This document shows positions 21,186-31,574 of a stretch of DNA of 47,991 bases, piece after piece (the first letter of the stretch is position 1; each line of letters opens with the position of its first letter). The notes beneath the pieces are model-generated. The model searched no databases, had not been told where the DNA came from, and worked only from the letters and a program-made list of their open reading frames with translations. Location: positions 1-47,991 of the forward strand of contig CAIVGC010000047.1 in the NCBI GenBank assembly GCA_903905335.1. The letters run 5' to 3'. The stretch comes from an uncultured Methylococcaceae bacterium. GTDB lineage: Bacteria > Pseudomonadota > Gammaproteobacteria > Methylococcales > Methylomonadaceae. A program made the translations under genes and the position numbers.

Positions 21186-22222
21186 AGATTTTTTATGGCG
21201 TACAAGGAACCGGTAACGGTCATATCACCCGTGCTAGAGTGATGGCTAAAGAACTGTATGCAGCAGGTATTGAGGTTGACTTTCAATTTACGGGTCGCCC
21301 CGCCGAGCAATATTTTGATATGGCGATATTTAAAGATTATCAAGTACGTACAGGCTTAACCTTTAATACTCATAAAGGTCAGGTTAATTACTTAAAAACG
21401 GCCTTAGAAGCGAAGCCGTGTACCTTATTGAATGATATTAAATCATTAGATTTAAGTGGCTATGATTTAGTCATCAGTGATTTTGAACCGGTTACTTCGT
21501 GGGCTGGCAGAAAACAAAAAAGAGCGGTGTTAGGTATCGGTCATCAATATGCGTTTAATCATGATATTCCAAGAGCAGGTTCTGACCCTATTGCTAATCA
21601 AGTCATGAAATATTTTGCACCTGCTCATACTGGCGTAGGTTTACATTGGCATCACTTTGGCCAGCCTATTCTGCCGCCTGTAATTGATACACCTGAAACG
21701 CCTAAAAGTATCATTAGAAATAAAATCATTGTCTATCTGCCTTTCGAAGATCAGCACGAAGTTGTGACATTATTAGCTCCCTTTACCGATTTTAGTTTTC
21801 ATGTTTATGCGCCTGTGGTGGTCGAATCTACTTGTGCGCACATAGTGGTTAACCCTCTTTCTCGCGAAGCCTTTCAGAAAGATTTATATGATTGCGCTGG
21901 TATTATCAGCAATGCGGGTTTTGAGCTGGCTAGTGAAGCATTGCAACTAGGTAAAAAGATTCTGGCTAAGCCGCTACATGCTCAAATGGAACAAATTTCT
22001 AATGCTGCAGCTTTAAAACAATTGGGCTATGGTCACACCATGAATGATCTGGATGCCTCCGTTATTAAACATTGGTTACAGGATGATAAGGCTATACAAA
22101 TTAGTTATCCAAATATTGCCAAAGTATTGGTGCAATGGATATTAGACGATATGCCTAAAATGGATGCCGATTTTATTGAGTCCATTTGGAATACCGTTAA
22201 CGTTAAGCATATTAAGCTTTAA
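21182..22222 (+). CDS. MJ1255/VC2487-family glycosyltransferase (GT-B fold)
   Basis: MKIFYGVQGTGNGHITRAR, ISDFEP, NAGFELASEA, EQISNA; 4-bp ATGA overlap with the PAP2 gene. Confidence 0.88.
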   Translation: MKIFYGVQGTGNGHITRARVMAKELYAAGIEVDFQFTGRPAEQYFDMAIFKDYQVRTGLTFNTHKGQVNYLKTALEAKPCTLLNDIKSLDLSGYDLVISDFEPVTSWAGRKQKRAVLGIGHQYAFNHDIPRAGSDPIANQVMKYFAPAHTGVGLHWHHFGQPILPPVIDTPETPKSIIRNKIIVYLPFEDQHEVVTLLAPFTDFSFHVYAPVVVESTCAHIVVNPLSREAFQKDLYDCAGIISNAGFELASEALQLGKKILAKPLHAQMEQISNAAALKQLGYGHTMNDLDASVIKHWLQDDKAIQISYPNIAKVLVQWILDDMPKMDADFIESIWNTVNVKHIKL

Positions 22223-22312
22223 TCTGCCCAAATTTAAACACCCCCTCTTAAAAATAAATTATAGGTAAAAAATTCTGTCTGATTCTTAAATTAATAGCTA
22301 GGAGACTTATCA

Positions 22313-23071
22313 ATGCCAAGAAAAAATGCCATTAAAAGTTACGAAAAAGAAGTGTTTAATCGTAGAAGTCGCCGCAATATCACAAATAACAGCGCGTCTG
22401 AAGAGTTTGAGTTGCTTGACCTTGTTGATTTTAGAACAGAAAGAAGAGTCTATGAACCTATAGCGCCGTTGACCAAAGCACAAGGCGTTTATATGAAGGC
22501 TATTATGGAAAATATCATTACCTTTGGCATAGGACCTGCAGGCACTGGAAAAAGTTATGTAGTCGCAGGACTTGCCGCAGATCTATTGAGAGAGAAAAAG
22601 ATTGAGCGTATATTTCTAACTCGGCCTGGTGTTGAGGCGGGTGAAAAGTTTGGTTTTATCCCAGGTGAACTCGAAGATAAATACGCCCCTTACATTGAAC
22701 CTTTTAGACAAATTTTTAATGACCGTCTAGGGCGTTCACAAGTTGATTATCTAATAAAACACAAGCGTATCTGTGCCACGCCTCTGGCTTTTATGCGTGG
22801 GCAAACCTTTAAAAATTGTTGGGCTATCTTAGATGAGGCACAAAACACAACGCCGAGTCAGATGAAACTGTTTTTAACGCGTATAGGTGAAAACTGTAAA
22901 GTCATTATCGATGGCGATATAGAGCAGAAAGATATCGCTATGCAATCAGGGCTTGCTGATGCAGTCAATCGACTCAAACATACCAAAAAAGTCAGTGTGG
23001 TAGAGTTTGGTATTGATGATGTTGTACGCTCAGGTATAGTTAAAGAAGTGCTTAGGGCTTATGCTAATTAA
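22313..23071 (+). CDS. phoH: PhoH-family ATPase (short form without N-terminal KH domain)
   Basis: GPAGTGKS Walker A, GFIPGELEDK, FMRGQTF, LDEAQN, TRIG, GD..Q.D, DVVRS. Confidence 0.9.
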   Translation: MPRKNAIKSYEKEVFNRRSRRNITNNSASEEFELLDLVDFRTERRVYEPIAPLTKAQGVYMKAIMENIITFGIGPAGTGKSYVVAGLAADLLREKKIERIFLTRPGVEAGEKFGFIPGELEDKYAPYIEPFRQIFNDRLGRSQVDYLIKHKRICATPLAFMRGQTFKNCWAILDEAQNTTPSQMKLFLTRIGENCKVIIDGDIEQKDIAMQSGLADAVNRLKHTKKVSVVEFGIDDVVRSGIVKEVLRAYAN

Positions 23072-23117
23072 TGAGCTTAGTTAATGCTCGACTTACTAGA
23101 CTTTTAGTTTAAATACT

Positions 23118-24188
23118 ATGCTCCCTACCTTGCAAACTCGCGCTAGTTTCATCGGTGCTTTTATTTTATTAAGTTTAGGTGCTTGGGTTTTGCATAGTTA
23201 CTTAAGCTATTTAGCTTGGTCGGTGGTAATAGGTATTTGTACTTGGCCTCTTTATCAACGACTATTAAAAGCTAATCCTGAACAAGGAAAGTTAAACTGG
23301 GCGGCATGGCTATTAACCTTGTTAATAGCCATGATTATTTTAGCACCACTGAGTTATGGTTTACTGCGCTTAGTTCAGGAGGCACAAGCACTGTCTCAAT
23401 TACTCACTGATGTGAAAAGCATCGAAATTCCGCCACCAGTTTGGCTAACTTCATTCCCTGTTATCGGTTTATGGTTACAACAAAGCTGGGTGACCTTGCT
23501 CAGTAGTTCTACAGTCCATCATGACGTTTTACAATGGTTAAGCACCAGTAATGCTGGTACTTATAGCCAACATATTGCTGGCCATCTACTGCATTATTTT
23601 TTCGGTTTTTTTATTCTACTGGTAGCTTTGTTTAGTGTTTATCAGTATGGCAACTACTTAGCTCAAAAGACTATAAGTAGTCATCAACATATATTTGGAG
23701 CGCAAAGCTTACGCTATATCCAGCATGCTACAGCGACTTTGCGATCTACAGTGAATGGCTTATTACTTATAGGCTTAGCTAAGGGTTTATTGTTGGGGCT
23801 TGCTTATGCATTGGTAGGTTTAAGTCATCCTGCCATGCTAGGAGCAATAACAGGAATTTTTGCTATGATTCCTTACGCAGCAAAATTAATTTTTACTAGT
23901 TGTGCATTGGTGTTAATAGTTAACGGTGAAGCCTTGTTAGGTAGTGGTTTATTTGTTTACGGTATGATACTTACGCTCATTGCTGATAATTACGTACGAC
24001 CAGTTTTAATCGGTAAAGCGGTGCAATTACCGTTTATCTGGACTTTATTAGGTATCTTTGGTGGTATGGAATGTTTTGGTTTGCTAGGCTTGTTTTTAGG
24101 GCCAGCACTAATGGCGGTGCTCATTTCTATTTGGAGAGACTGGGTAGAGCTTATTAATAAACCTGAAATATTAATAGAGTTATCTTAA
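23118..24188 (+). CDS. AI-2E (PerM/TqsA) family transporter
   Basis: Multi-TM protein with TWPLY, IPY, ADNYVRPVLIG and GG..CFGLLGLFLGP motifs. Confidence 0.88.
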   Translation: MLPTLQTRASFIGAFILLSLGAWVLHSYLSYLAWSVVIGICTWPLYQRLLKANPEQGKLNWAAWLLTLLIAMIILAPLSYGLLRLVQEAQALSQLLTDVKSIEIPPPVWLTSFPVIGLWLQQSWVTLLSSSTVHHDVLQWLSTSNAGTYSQHIAGHLLHYFFGFFILLVALFSVYQYGNYLAQKTISSHQHIFGAQSLRYIQHATATLRSTVNGLLLIGLAKGLLLGLAYALVGLSHPAMLGAITGIFAMIPYAAKLIFTSCALVLIVNGEALLGSGLFVYGMILTLIADNYVRPVLIGKAVQLPFIWTLLGIFGGMECFGLLGLFLGPALMAVLISIWRDWVELINKPEILIELS

Positions 24189-24590
24189 ACATAGTAAATG
24201 TTGTTGAAATTAAGGTTAATTGACAGCTGTTAAGGATTGTTAACCTAAAATCGCGTAATTATACATATCATTTTGAATCAATGTGTTAGTTAAAAACTAT
24301 GTTGGTACTCGAAAGAAACCAGACAATCTTAAAAAAATCAGTTTAACTAACCGTTATAATTGTGTGCGTCGGAATTACAAGAGCTCAGCTCTGTTGTTAC
24401 CCCCTAAAGTTATTCACTCAAATGATAACGTAGAGCCTAATCTTAAATTACATTAAATCAGTTAATTAGTTGCCGAAACATTTGCAGGAAAACTCATATT
24501 GAATCCCTATGTCAGCAATAACGCATTCAAAAAGGTAATGTACTGGGATTGATTTTATAGCCGGTCATGCTTGCTAAGCTTATATTATTA

Positions 24591-24868
24591 GCTGATGTTC
24601 GCAGCCATTCAGCGGTTTATAAAAAACAAATAATGAGATCGCTATCGCGACGATGTGTTAATCGGGTTTTCGCACTCGAAGGCGAGATACTTTCTTTTGC
24701 GGAGCCTTTAGAAAGTATCCAAAGAAAAGGCGGCTCGATTGCCACTGCTTCCTGCCTTCCTACCGACGCGTGGCATCCATGCCGCGTCCCTTCGGGCTAA
24801 TCCCAACAAAACCGGCGGTGCTCAGCGCGGCAAACGAGAATAAAAATACGTTACTGCGTAACATCAGT
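24591..24868. mobile_element. non-autonomous MITE-like element with structured interior
   Basis: Ends GCTGATGTT-CGCAG and CTGCGTAACATCAGT are near-perfect inverted repeats; flanked by TATTA on both sides (24586-24590, 24869-24873); internal GC-rich hairpins including a C-TTCG-G loop. Confidence 0.7.
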
Positions 24869-25068
24869 TATTAGTTTAATGGGAGGCGTCGATAATTCTG
24901 CCTTGTTAGGTATAACTAAGGTAATTAGTGATGATAGAGCTTGCAAAGCATTAGATAAGATTTATGAAGAACTGAACTTTCAAAGGTTGCACGAGAATTT
25001 GTATCGCTTTTACAGTTAATTGCTTACTGGATACAGTTGTTGAATGCACCCAGTAAACAAGAGAAAAA

Positions 25069-26724
25069 ATGACTATAAAAATTGATTTTACAACATTGCC
25101 GTTAACGAAGCGCCCTGCATGGAAAGCATTGCAGACCCACTATCAGCAGATACATTCTTTACACCTGCGCCAACTGTTCGCGGATGATCCTCTACGTGGT
25201 GAACGATTCGTGGTTGATGCCCTGGGCATTTACCTAGATTATTCGAAGAACCGTATTACCGATGAGACGATACCGTTACTTGTAAAGCTTGCTGATGAAT
25301 GTGGATTGCAGCGGCGAATTAATGCTATGTTCAATGGCGATATTGTCAACGTAACCGAACATAGGGCTGCTCTGCACACTGCTTTGCGTACGCCAGAAGG
25401 TGATCGGATCATGCTTGACGGCGTTGATGTTGTTGCTGAAGTCCATGTGGTTCTAGGCAGAATGGCCGTCTTTTCTGAACAAATTCGCAGTGGTCAATGG
25501 CTGGGGTACACTGGAAAACGTATCCGTAATATTATCAATATTGGCATTGGCGGTTCCGATCTTGGCCCCGTGATGGCATATGAAGCATTACGACATTATA
25601 GTCAGCGCGATCTAATTTTCCGTTTTGTCTCGAATGTGGATGGCACTGATTTTGAGGAAGCTACACGCGACCTTGATCCCGAAGAAACGCTGTTTATCAT
25701 CTGCTCGAAGACTTTTACTACCCTAGAAACGTTGACCAATGCACACGCAGCACGTAACTGGTGTTTGCATAGGCTCGGTGACGATGATGCCGTGCGTCGA
25801 CACTTCGTTGCCGTATCGACTAACGCCGAAGAGGTGACAAAGTTCGGCATCAACACCGATAATATGTTCGGTTTCTGGGATTGGGATGGTGGACGTTATT
25901 CGATGGATTCGGCAATTGGTCTATCAACCATGATCGCCGTGGGACCGGACAATTTCCGAGCGATGCTTGCTGGCTTCCATGCGATGGATGAGCATTTTCG
26001 TACGACACCATTCGAGCGGAACATTCCTGTTATCATGGGCTTGCTTAAGCTCTGGTATAATAACTTTTTCGATATTCATTCTGTTGCCGTACTTCCATAC
26101 AATCAATACCTCAAGCGCTTCCCTGCTTATTTGCAACAATTGGCTATGGAGAGCAACGGCAAGCATATTACGCTAGACGGTAACCATGTTGATTATCAAA
26201 CGGGGCCCATCTATTGGGGTGAACCTTGTACCAACGGACAGCACTCATTCTTCCAGTTGCTTCACCAGGGAACCCGCCTGATCCCATGCGATTTTATCGG
26301 TTTCTTTCAGACCTTGAATCCGCTCGGAGATCAACACGATCTGCTAATGGCAAATTTGTTCGCGCAAACTGAGGCGCTAGCTTTCGGCAAGACGGAAGCT
26401 GAAGTTAGGGCAGAGGGAACTGCTGATCGGTTGGTGCCGCATCGCACATTTGAAGGTAATCGTCCGACTAATACACTTCTTATCGAACAGTTAACACCTA
26501 AATCGCTGGGAATGCTAGTTGCTCTTTACGAACACAGCGTGTTTATAGAGGGGGTAATCTGGAACATCGATTCATTTGATCAATGGGGAGTTGAGTTGGG
26601 CAAAGTATTGGCACAAAAAACGGCTGCCGAACTTAAAAGTACAGATGAGCCTCAGCTCGATCATGATAGTTCCAGCAACGCGCTGATCCGGCGCTATCGA
26701 CGGTTCAAAAGAAGGCAGACATAA
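25069..26724 (+). CDS. pgi: glucose-6-phosphate isomerase
   Basis: [48 protein letters not shown]; two normally invariant motif positions are altered (see findings). Confidence 0.95.
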   Translation: MTIKIDFTTLPLTKRPAWKALQTHYQQIHSLHLRQLFADDPLRGERFVVDALGIYLDYSKNRITDETIPLLVKLADECGLQRRINAMFNGDIVNVTEHRAALHTALRTPEGDRIMLDGVDVVAEVHVVLGRMAVFSEQIRSGQWLGYTGKRIRNIINIGIGGSDLGPVMAYEALRHYSQRDLIFRFVSNVDGTDFEEATRDLDPEETLFIICSKTFTTLETLTNAHAARNWCLHRLGDDDAVRRHFVAVSTNAEEVTKFGINTDNMFGFWDWDGGRYSMDSAIGLSTMIAVGPDNFRAMLAGFHAMDEHFRTTPFERNIPVIMGLLKLWYNNFFDIHSVAVLPYNQYLKRFPAYLQQLAMESNGKHITLDGNHVDYQTGPIYWGEPCTNGQHSFFQLLHQGTRLIPCDFIGFFQTLNPLGDQHDLLMANLFAQTEALAFGKTEAEVRAEGTADRLVPHRTFEGNRPTNTLLIEQLTPKSLGMLVALYEHSVFIEGVIWNIDSFDQWGVELGKVLAQKTAAELKSTDEPQLDHDSSSNALIRRYRRFKRRQT

Positions 26725-26851
26725 CTTTGTTATGATTAGAAAAAAATTTTTTATTGAAACTGGAATGATTTGCTAATGTGATTTTTCGTAAGTCATATTT
26801 CAATTCGCATCCACAATGGCATAAATTTTGAACCTTTAAGAGAGATCTTTA

Positions 26852-29236
26852 ATGACAACACCTGCAATTTCAAAATCATCAACGCTTAGCGCGGATGAAC
26901 TGCATAAAATTAATGCTTATTGGCGTGCCTGTACTTATCTAGCTGCAGGCATGATTTATTTACGGGATAACCCTCTATTGAAAGAGCCGTTAAAACCAGA
27001 GCACATAAAGAACCGACTATTAGGACATTGGGGTTCGAGTCCCGGCCTGAGCTTTGCCTATATTCATATCAATCGACTCATTAAAAAATACGATCTTAAC
27101 GCTATTTTTCTGGCTGGCCCCGGTCATGGTGCGCCCGGCGTGTTGGCGCCGGTTTATCTCGAAGGGACTTACGCGGAAATTTACCCCAACAAGGGAGAAG
27201 ACGAACAAGGTTTGTTGCAGTTCTTCAAGGAGTTTTCTTTTCCTGGCGGTATCGGTAGCCACTGTACACCAGAAACCCCCGGCTCCATTCATGAAGGTGG
27301 CGAACTGGGCTACAGCATTTCTCATGCTTATGGTGCAGCTTACGATAACCCCGATTTGTTGGTGACGGTCATGGTGGGCGACGGCGAGTCTGAAACCGGC
27401 CCTTTGGCAACGTCATGGCATTCCAATAAATTTCTCAATCCCATACGCGACGGTGCGGTATTGCCGATACTGCATCTCAACGGATACAAGATTAATAATC
27501 CGACCCTATTGTCACGCATTTCTCACGAGGAACTGGAGCGTCTGTTTCAGGGATATGGTTATACACCTTACTTCGTGGAAGGCAGCGATCCAGAAACCAT
27601 GCATCAACGTATGGCAGGCATACTCGAAACCTGCGTGCTGGAAATTCGTCGGATTCAGGAGGAAGCTCGACGCACAGGTATCCCAACTCGACCGCGATGG
27701 CCGATGATCGTATTGCGAAGTCCGAAAGGTTGGACAGGACCTAAGGCAGTGGATGGGCAAAAAGTGGAAGGCTTTTGGCGTTCGCATCAAGTACCGCTTT
27801 CTGGGGTAAAAGAAAATTCAGATCATCTAAAGCAGTTGGAAGACTGGCTACGCAGTTATAAACCTGAAGAATTATTTGATAATAACGGTAAATTGATTTC
27901 TGAGCTTAAAGCTCTCGCTCCCGAAGGCATTCGGCGCATGAGCGCGAACCCGCATGCTAATGGTGGCTTGTTACGTAAGGCATTGCGTATGCCAGATTAT
28001 AGGGATTATGCTCTTTCTCTAGCAAGCCCTGGTAAAGTCACTGCTGAAAATACTCGTCCTTTAGGAAAATTTCTGCGCGACATCATGAGCAATAACATGA
28101 CAAATTTTCGCGTGTTTGGCCCGGATGAAAATAGCTCTAACAAGCTGGACGATATTTATGAGGTCAGTAAGAAAACCTGGCTTGCAGATTATTTGCCTGA
28201 AGATGCCGATGGCAGTGAATTGTCGCCAGATGGCCGAGTAATGGAAATGCTGTCCGAGCACACCTTGGAAGGTTGGCTGGAAGGTTATTTGCTGACTGGC
28301 CGCCATGGTTTTTTTTCCACCTACGAAGCGTTTGTACATGTGATTGATTCCATGTTCAACCAGCACGCAAAATGGCTCGCGATGTCCAAAGCTGTGCCCT
28401 GGCGTGCATCGGTATCATCATTAAATCTGTTGATTACTTCTACCGTATGGCGGCAGGATCATAATGGTTTTACCCATCAGGATCCCGGTTTCCTTGACTT
28501 GGTGGTGAACAAAAGTCCATCGGTAACCCGTATTTATCTGCCGCCAGACGTTAACTGCCTGCTATCTGTTGCCAACCATTGTTTAAAGAGCACTGACCAC
28601 ATTAACGTCATTGTCTGCGATAAGCAAAAGCACCTGCAATACCTAGATATGGAAGCCGCGATTAAACATTGCACGCAAGGCATAAGCATCTGGGAATGGG
28701 CAAGCAACGACGATGGTTGTGAACCAGATTTAGTGATGGCCAGTGCGGGTGATATTCCGACCAAGGAAGCTTTGGCTGCAACCGTGTTACTTCGCAAGCA
28801 CTTTCCTCAGCTCAAAATTCGCTTTATCAATGTCATTGATCTCTATAAATTAGTACCCAATAGTGAGCATCCGCATGGGCTCTCTGATCTTGATTTTGAT
28901 AGCTTGTTCACCTTAAATAAACCTATTATTTTCAACTTCCATGGCTACCCATGGTTAATTCATCGACTGGCATATCGCCGGAACAACCATCAAAATATGC
29001 ATGTGCGAGGTTACAAAGAAAAAGGCAGCATTAATACGCCATTGGAATTGGCGATACAAAACGAAACTGATCGATTCAGTTTGGCGATTGACGCCATTAA
29101 TCGGATTCCTGCCTTACTCGTTTCCGGTGCCCACGTAAAACAACAATTACTTAATATGCAACTTGATTGCCGCAATTACGCTTATGAGCATGGTATCGAC
29201 AGACCTGAAGACGATCAGTGGCAATGGCCTTACTGA
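26852..29236 (+). CDS. xfp: xylulose-5-phosphate/fructose-6-phosphate phosphoketolase
   Basis: [27 protein letters not shown] (TPP-binding), [17 protein letters not shown]. Confidence 0.96.
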   Translation: MTTPAISKSSTLSADELHKINAYWRACTYLAAGMIYLRDNPLLKEPLKPEHIKNRLLGHWGSSPGLSFAYIHINRLIKKYDLNAIFLAGPGHGAPGVLAPVYLEGTYAEIYPNKGEDEQGLLQFFKEFSFPGGIGSHCTPETPGSIHEGGELGYSISHAYGAAYDNPDLLVTVMVGDGESETGPLATSWHSNKFLNPIRDGAVLPILHLNGYKINNPTLLSRISHEELERLFQGYGYTPYFVEGSDPETMHQRMAGILETCVLEIRRIQEEARRTGIPTRPRWPMIVLRSPKGWTGPKAVDGQKVEGFWRSHQVPLSGVKENSDHLKQLEDWLRSYKPEELFDNNGKLISELKALAPEGIRRMSANPHANGGLLRKALRMPDYRDYALSLASPGKVTAENTRPLGKFLRDIMSNNMTNFRVFGPDENSSNKLDDIYEVSKKTWLADYLPEDADGSELSPDGRVMEMLSEHTLEGWLEGYLLTGRHGFFSTYEAFVHVIDSMFNQHAKWLAMSKAVPWRASVSSLNLLITSTVWRQDHNGFTHQDPGFLDLVVNKSPSVTRIYLPPDVNCLLSVANHCLKSTDHINVIVCDKQKHLQYLDMEAAIKHCTQGISIWEWASNDDGCEPDLVMASAGDIPTKEALAATVLLRKHFPQLKIRFINVIDLYKLVPNSEHPHGLSDLDFDSLFTLNKPIIFNFHGYPWLIHRLAYRRNNHQNMHVRGYKEKGSINTPLELAIQNETDRFSLAIDAINRIPALLVSGAHVKQQLLNMQLDCRNYAYEHGIDRPEDDQWQWPY

Positions 29237-29262
29237 AATATAAAAGAGCTGAGATTTTTAGC

Positions 29263-29580
29263 ATGAGCTTAAAAATTTATTTACTTCTCGGCGGAGAGAC
29301 AGCTTACAGTCATCGTGGCGCTATTTGTGGAGCACTTGATCCAGTTATTACCGAAATAGAATCCGTGTACAAAAGCGGCAATGTGTGGGTGGTATCTCAG
29401 AAAACCACTTTACGCATTATTCTTTGTAGTTTGATGGGTATAGATATTGATCGCTACCGAGATCGCATTGGCGCCCCTGCTGTTTCCGAGAGTATCGTCA
29501 AGTTCGATGTTCATGGGCTGATGCTCAAGATTTAGTGGCCGCAATTATATGCCCAGATACTTGTACGAACGGATGGGGGC
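29263..29580 (+). pseudogene. histidine phosphatase (phosphoglycerate mutase-like) family remnant
   Basis: MSLKIYLLLGGETAYS...CGALDP (RHG replaced by LGG) joins directly to the C-terminal EIE..Y.SGNV.VVSQKTTLRIILCSLMGID..RYRDRI segment (SH replaced by SQ); about half the usual ~200 aa; 3' boundary approximate. Confidence 0.75.
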
Positions 29581-29598
29581 TTCATTGGACATGACAGC

Positions 29599-30786
29599 AT
29601 GAATAAATATCTGCTTGTTATTAACGCCGGCTCATCAAGCATCAAATTTGCTATTTACCAGGTAGCAATATTATCTTCGCTTAGGGTTGACGCGACTGGA
29701 CAAATTGATGGTATTGGAAGTCACTCCCGCTTCATGGTAAAAAATGCGCAAGGTGGCGTATTGTATGATTGCCAGTTCTCTGCTGAGGAGGCGAATAACC
29801 ATGCTGACGCCATTATCATTATTCGTTCTTGGCTATTGGAGTATATTAGGGGAGGAATTTTGCTTGCCGTGGGTCATCGTGTTGTTCATGGCGGACAACA
29901 TTACTTTACGCCCATTCTGATCGACGAAGAAATTCTAATTGACTTAGAAAATCTTATTCCATTGGCGCCTCTCCATCAGCCACATAATCTTGCCGCTATG
30001 CGTGCCATGTTGGAAATCATGCCGACGTTACCGCAAGTGGCGTGTTTTGATACGGCGTTTCACCGCACACAACCCAATATCGCACAGCTCTTTGCCCTAC
30101 CACGACGCATTACCGATGCCGGTGTGCGTCGTTACGGATTCCACGGGTTATCTTATGAATATATCGTTTCCATATTGCCTGATCTTGACGCCTCGCTGGT
30201 AAAAGCCCGTATCATCGTTGCTCACTTAGGTAACGGCGCCAGTCTGTGCGCAATACAAAGCGGACGTAGTATCGCTACTACGATGGGATTTTCACCACTC
30301 GACGGCTTGATCATGGGCACCCGTTGTGGCAGTCTTGACCCGGGCGTGTTGCTTTATCTTATGAATCACTACAACATGGATGCAGATGCTCTGGAACATC
30401 TGCTTTACTATCAATCTGGTTTGCTTGGTTGTTCTGGTGTTTCAAGCGACATGCATACGCTGCTGGATAGCGACGATCCACAAGCTAAGGAGGCGGTCGA
30501 CTTGTTCGTGTACAGAGTCGGGCGTGAGATAGGTTCTTTGGTCGCAGCCCTAGGTGGTTTGGACGCATTGATATTTACTGGAGGAATTGGCGAAAATTCC
30601 GCCGAAATTCGTGCAAAAATCTGCCATTGGACTGAATGGTTGGGACTTGAACTTGATGTTTCTGCCAATGAAGTTGGGACTCCTTGTATTTCAATACCAA
30701 GCTCTAAGCTCACTGGATGGGTCGTCAATACCGACGAAAATATGATGATTGCACAGCATACCTTGCAACAAATATCTGATGGTTAG
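29599..30786 (+). CDS. ackA: acetate/propionate kinase
   Basis: INAGSSSIK, GHRVVHGG, LAPLHQP, FDTAFH, RYGFHGLSY, HLGNGAS, FTGGIGENS. Confidence 0.95.
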   Translation: MNKYLLVINAGSSSIKFAIYQVAILSSLRVDATGQIDGIGSHSRFMVKNAQGGVLYDCQFSAEEANNHADAIIIIRSWLLEYIRGGILLAVGHRVVHGGQHYFTPILIDEEILIDLENLIPLAPLHQPHNLAAMRAMLEIMPTLPQVACFDTAFHRTQPNIAQLFALPRRITDAGVRRYGFHGLSYEYIVSILPDLDASLVKARIIVAHLGNGASLCAIQSGRSIATTMGFSPLDGLIMGTRCGSLDPGVLLYLMNHYNMDADALEHLLYYQSGLLGCSGVSSDMHTLLDSDDPQAKEAVDLFVYRVGREIGSLVAALGGLDALIFTGGIGENSAEIRAKICHWTEWLGLELDVSANEVGTPCISIPSSKLTGWVVNTDENMMIAQHTLQQISDG

Positions 30787-31574
30787 AAACCATGATCGTT
30801 GCAGCGCGCTTGTTTACTTTGCCAGTCCTTCAGTTGCATAGTCACCCAATCACCTGCATCTAGTGTTAGGTCATGTCCTGCACTAGGATGAGTACGTAAC
30901 TCTAATTGCCATTGTTGCTGTATTGCCATTGAACAACGAGGTGAAACTAGTCGATCTTGTTGACTATTGAGTAACAAAATAGGGCAAGACGGTTTTCTAT
31001 TTCTAGGTTTATAGTTAGCTGCGGCAATCATTTGCTGAAGACTATTATTAAGGCTAATGGGTTGCTCGGACTGAATTTTTTCCCAATCTAATAAAACAGA
31101 AGTATGGGCAGCGCTGCTATTACTCGTTAACCTTAATATTTTATCTTCTCGCTGGCTTATGTTATCTGTCAGAACCAGACTGATAAAGTGTTTATAACTT
31201 TGCCAGCGTAGTCGCTGATAAAAAGGGCTTAAACTTGCAAAACTGGTGTTCATGAGAGTCGAAGTACTTATATCTTCGGGATAGCATTGCATCCATTCCC
31301 AAGCCACCATAGCGCCTAATGATAATGCGAGTAGGTGAACGGGTTGTTGTAAATAGCCTTTGGCCAGTGCGTTGGCGCGTAACTGATGGGTGATGGCTTG
31401 GATGCTATGAGGACTGGTTTGCTGATAGAAGGAGCCCGTGCCAGGTAAATCTAATAAGGTTATTTTCGCATCAGGAAATGTTGTTTGCAGCAGTGGTATA
31501 AATGCGCCCCAGTGCTTGGATTCTCTAGCAAGCCCTCTTAGAAGTATCCAATTTTTTGCTGCCAGATTATTCAT
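30783..31574 (-). CDS. alpha/beta fold hydrolase
   Basis: LLRGLARES..HW, DLPGTG, nucleophile elbow ALSLGAM, DRLV, AGHDL. Confidence 0.85.
   Translation of the reverse strand: MNNLAAKNWILLRGLARESKHWGAFIPLLQTTFPDAKITLLDLPGTGSFYQQTSPHSIQAITHQLRANALAKGYLQQPVHLLALSLGAMVAWEWMQCYPEDISTSTLMNTSFASLSPFYQRLRWQSYKHFISLVLTDNISQREDKILRLTSNSSAAHTSVLLDWEKIQSEQPISLNNSLQQMIAAANYKPRNRKPSCPILLLNSQQDRLVSPRCSMAIQQQWQLELRTHPSAGHDLTLDAGDWVTMQLKDWQSKQARCNDHGF

Noticed and set aside
24567-24800. 77-aa ORF
   Set aside because: Runs through the MITE ends and hairpins; no recognisable protein features
24874-25068. FNR box upstream of pgi
   Set aside because: No TTGAT-N4-ATCAA match found
29218-29262. Track start of the 105-aa ORF overlapping xfp
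   Set aside because: Phosphatase similarity begins at the ATG at 29263
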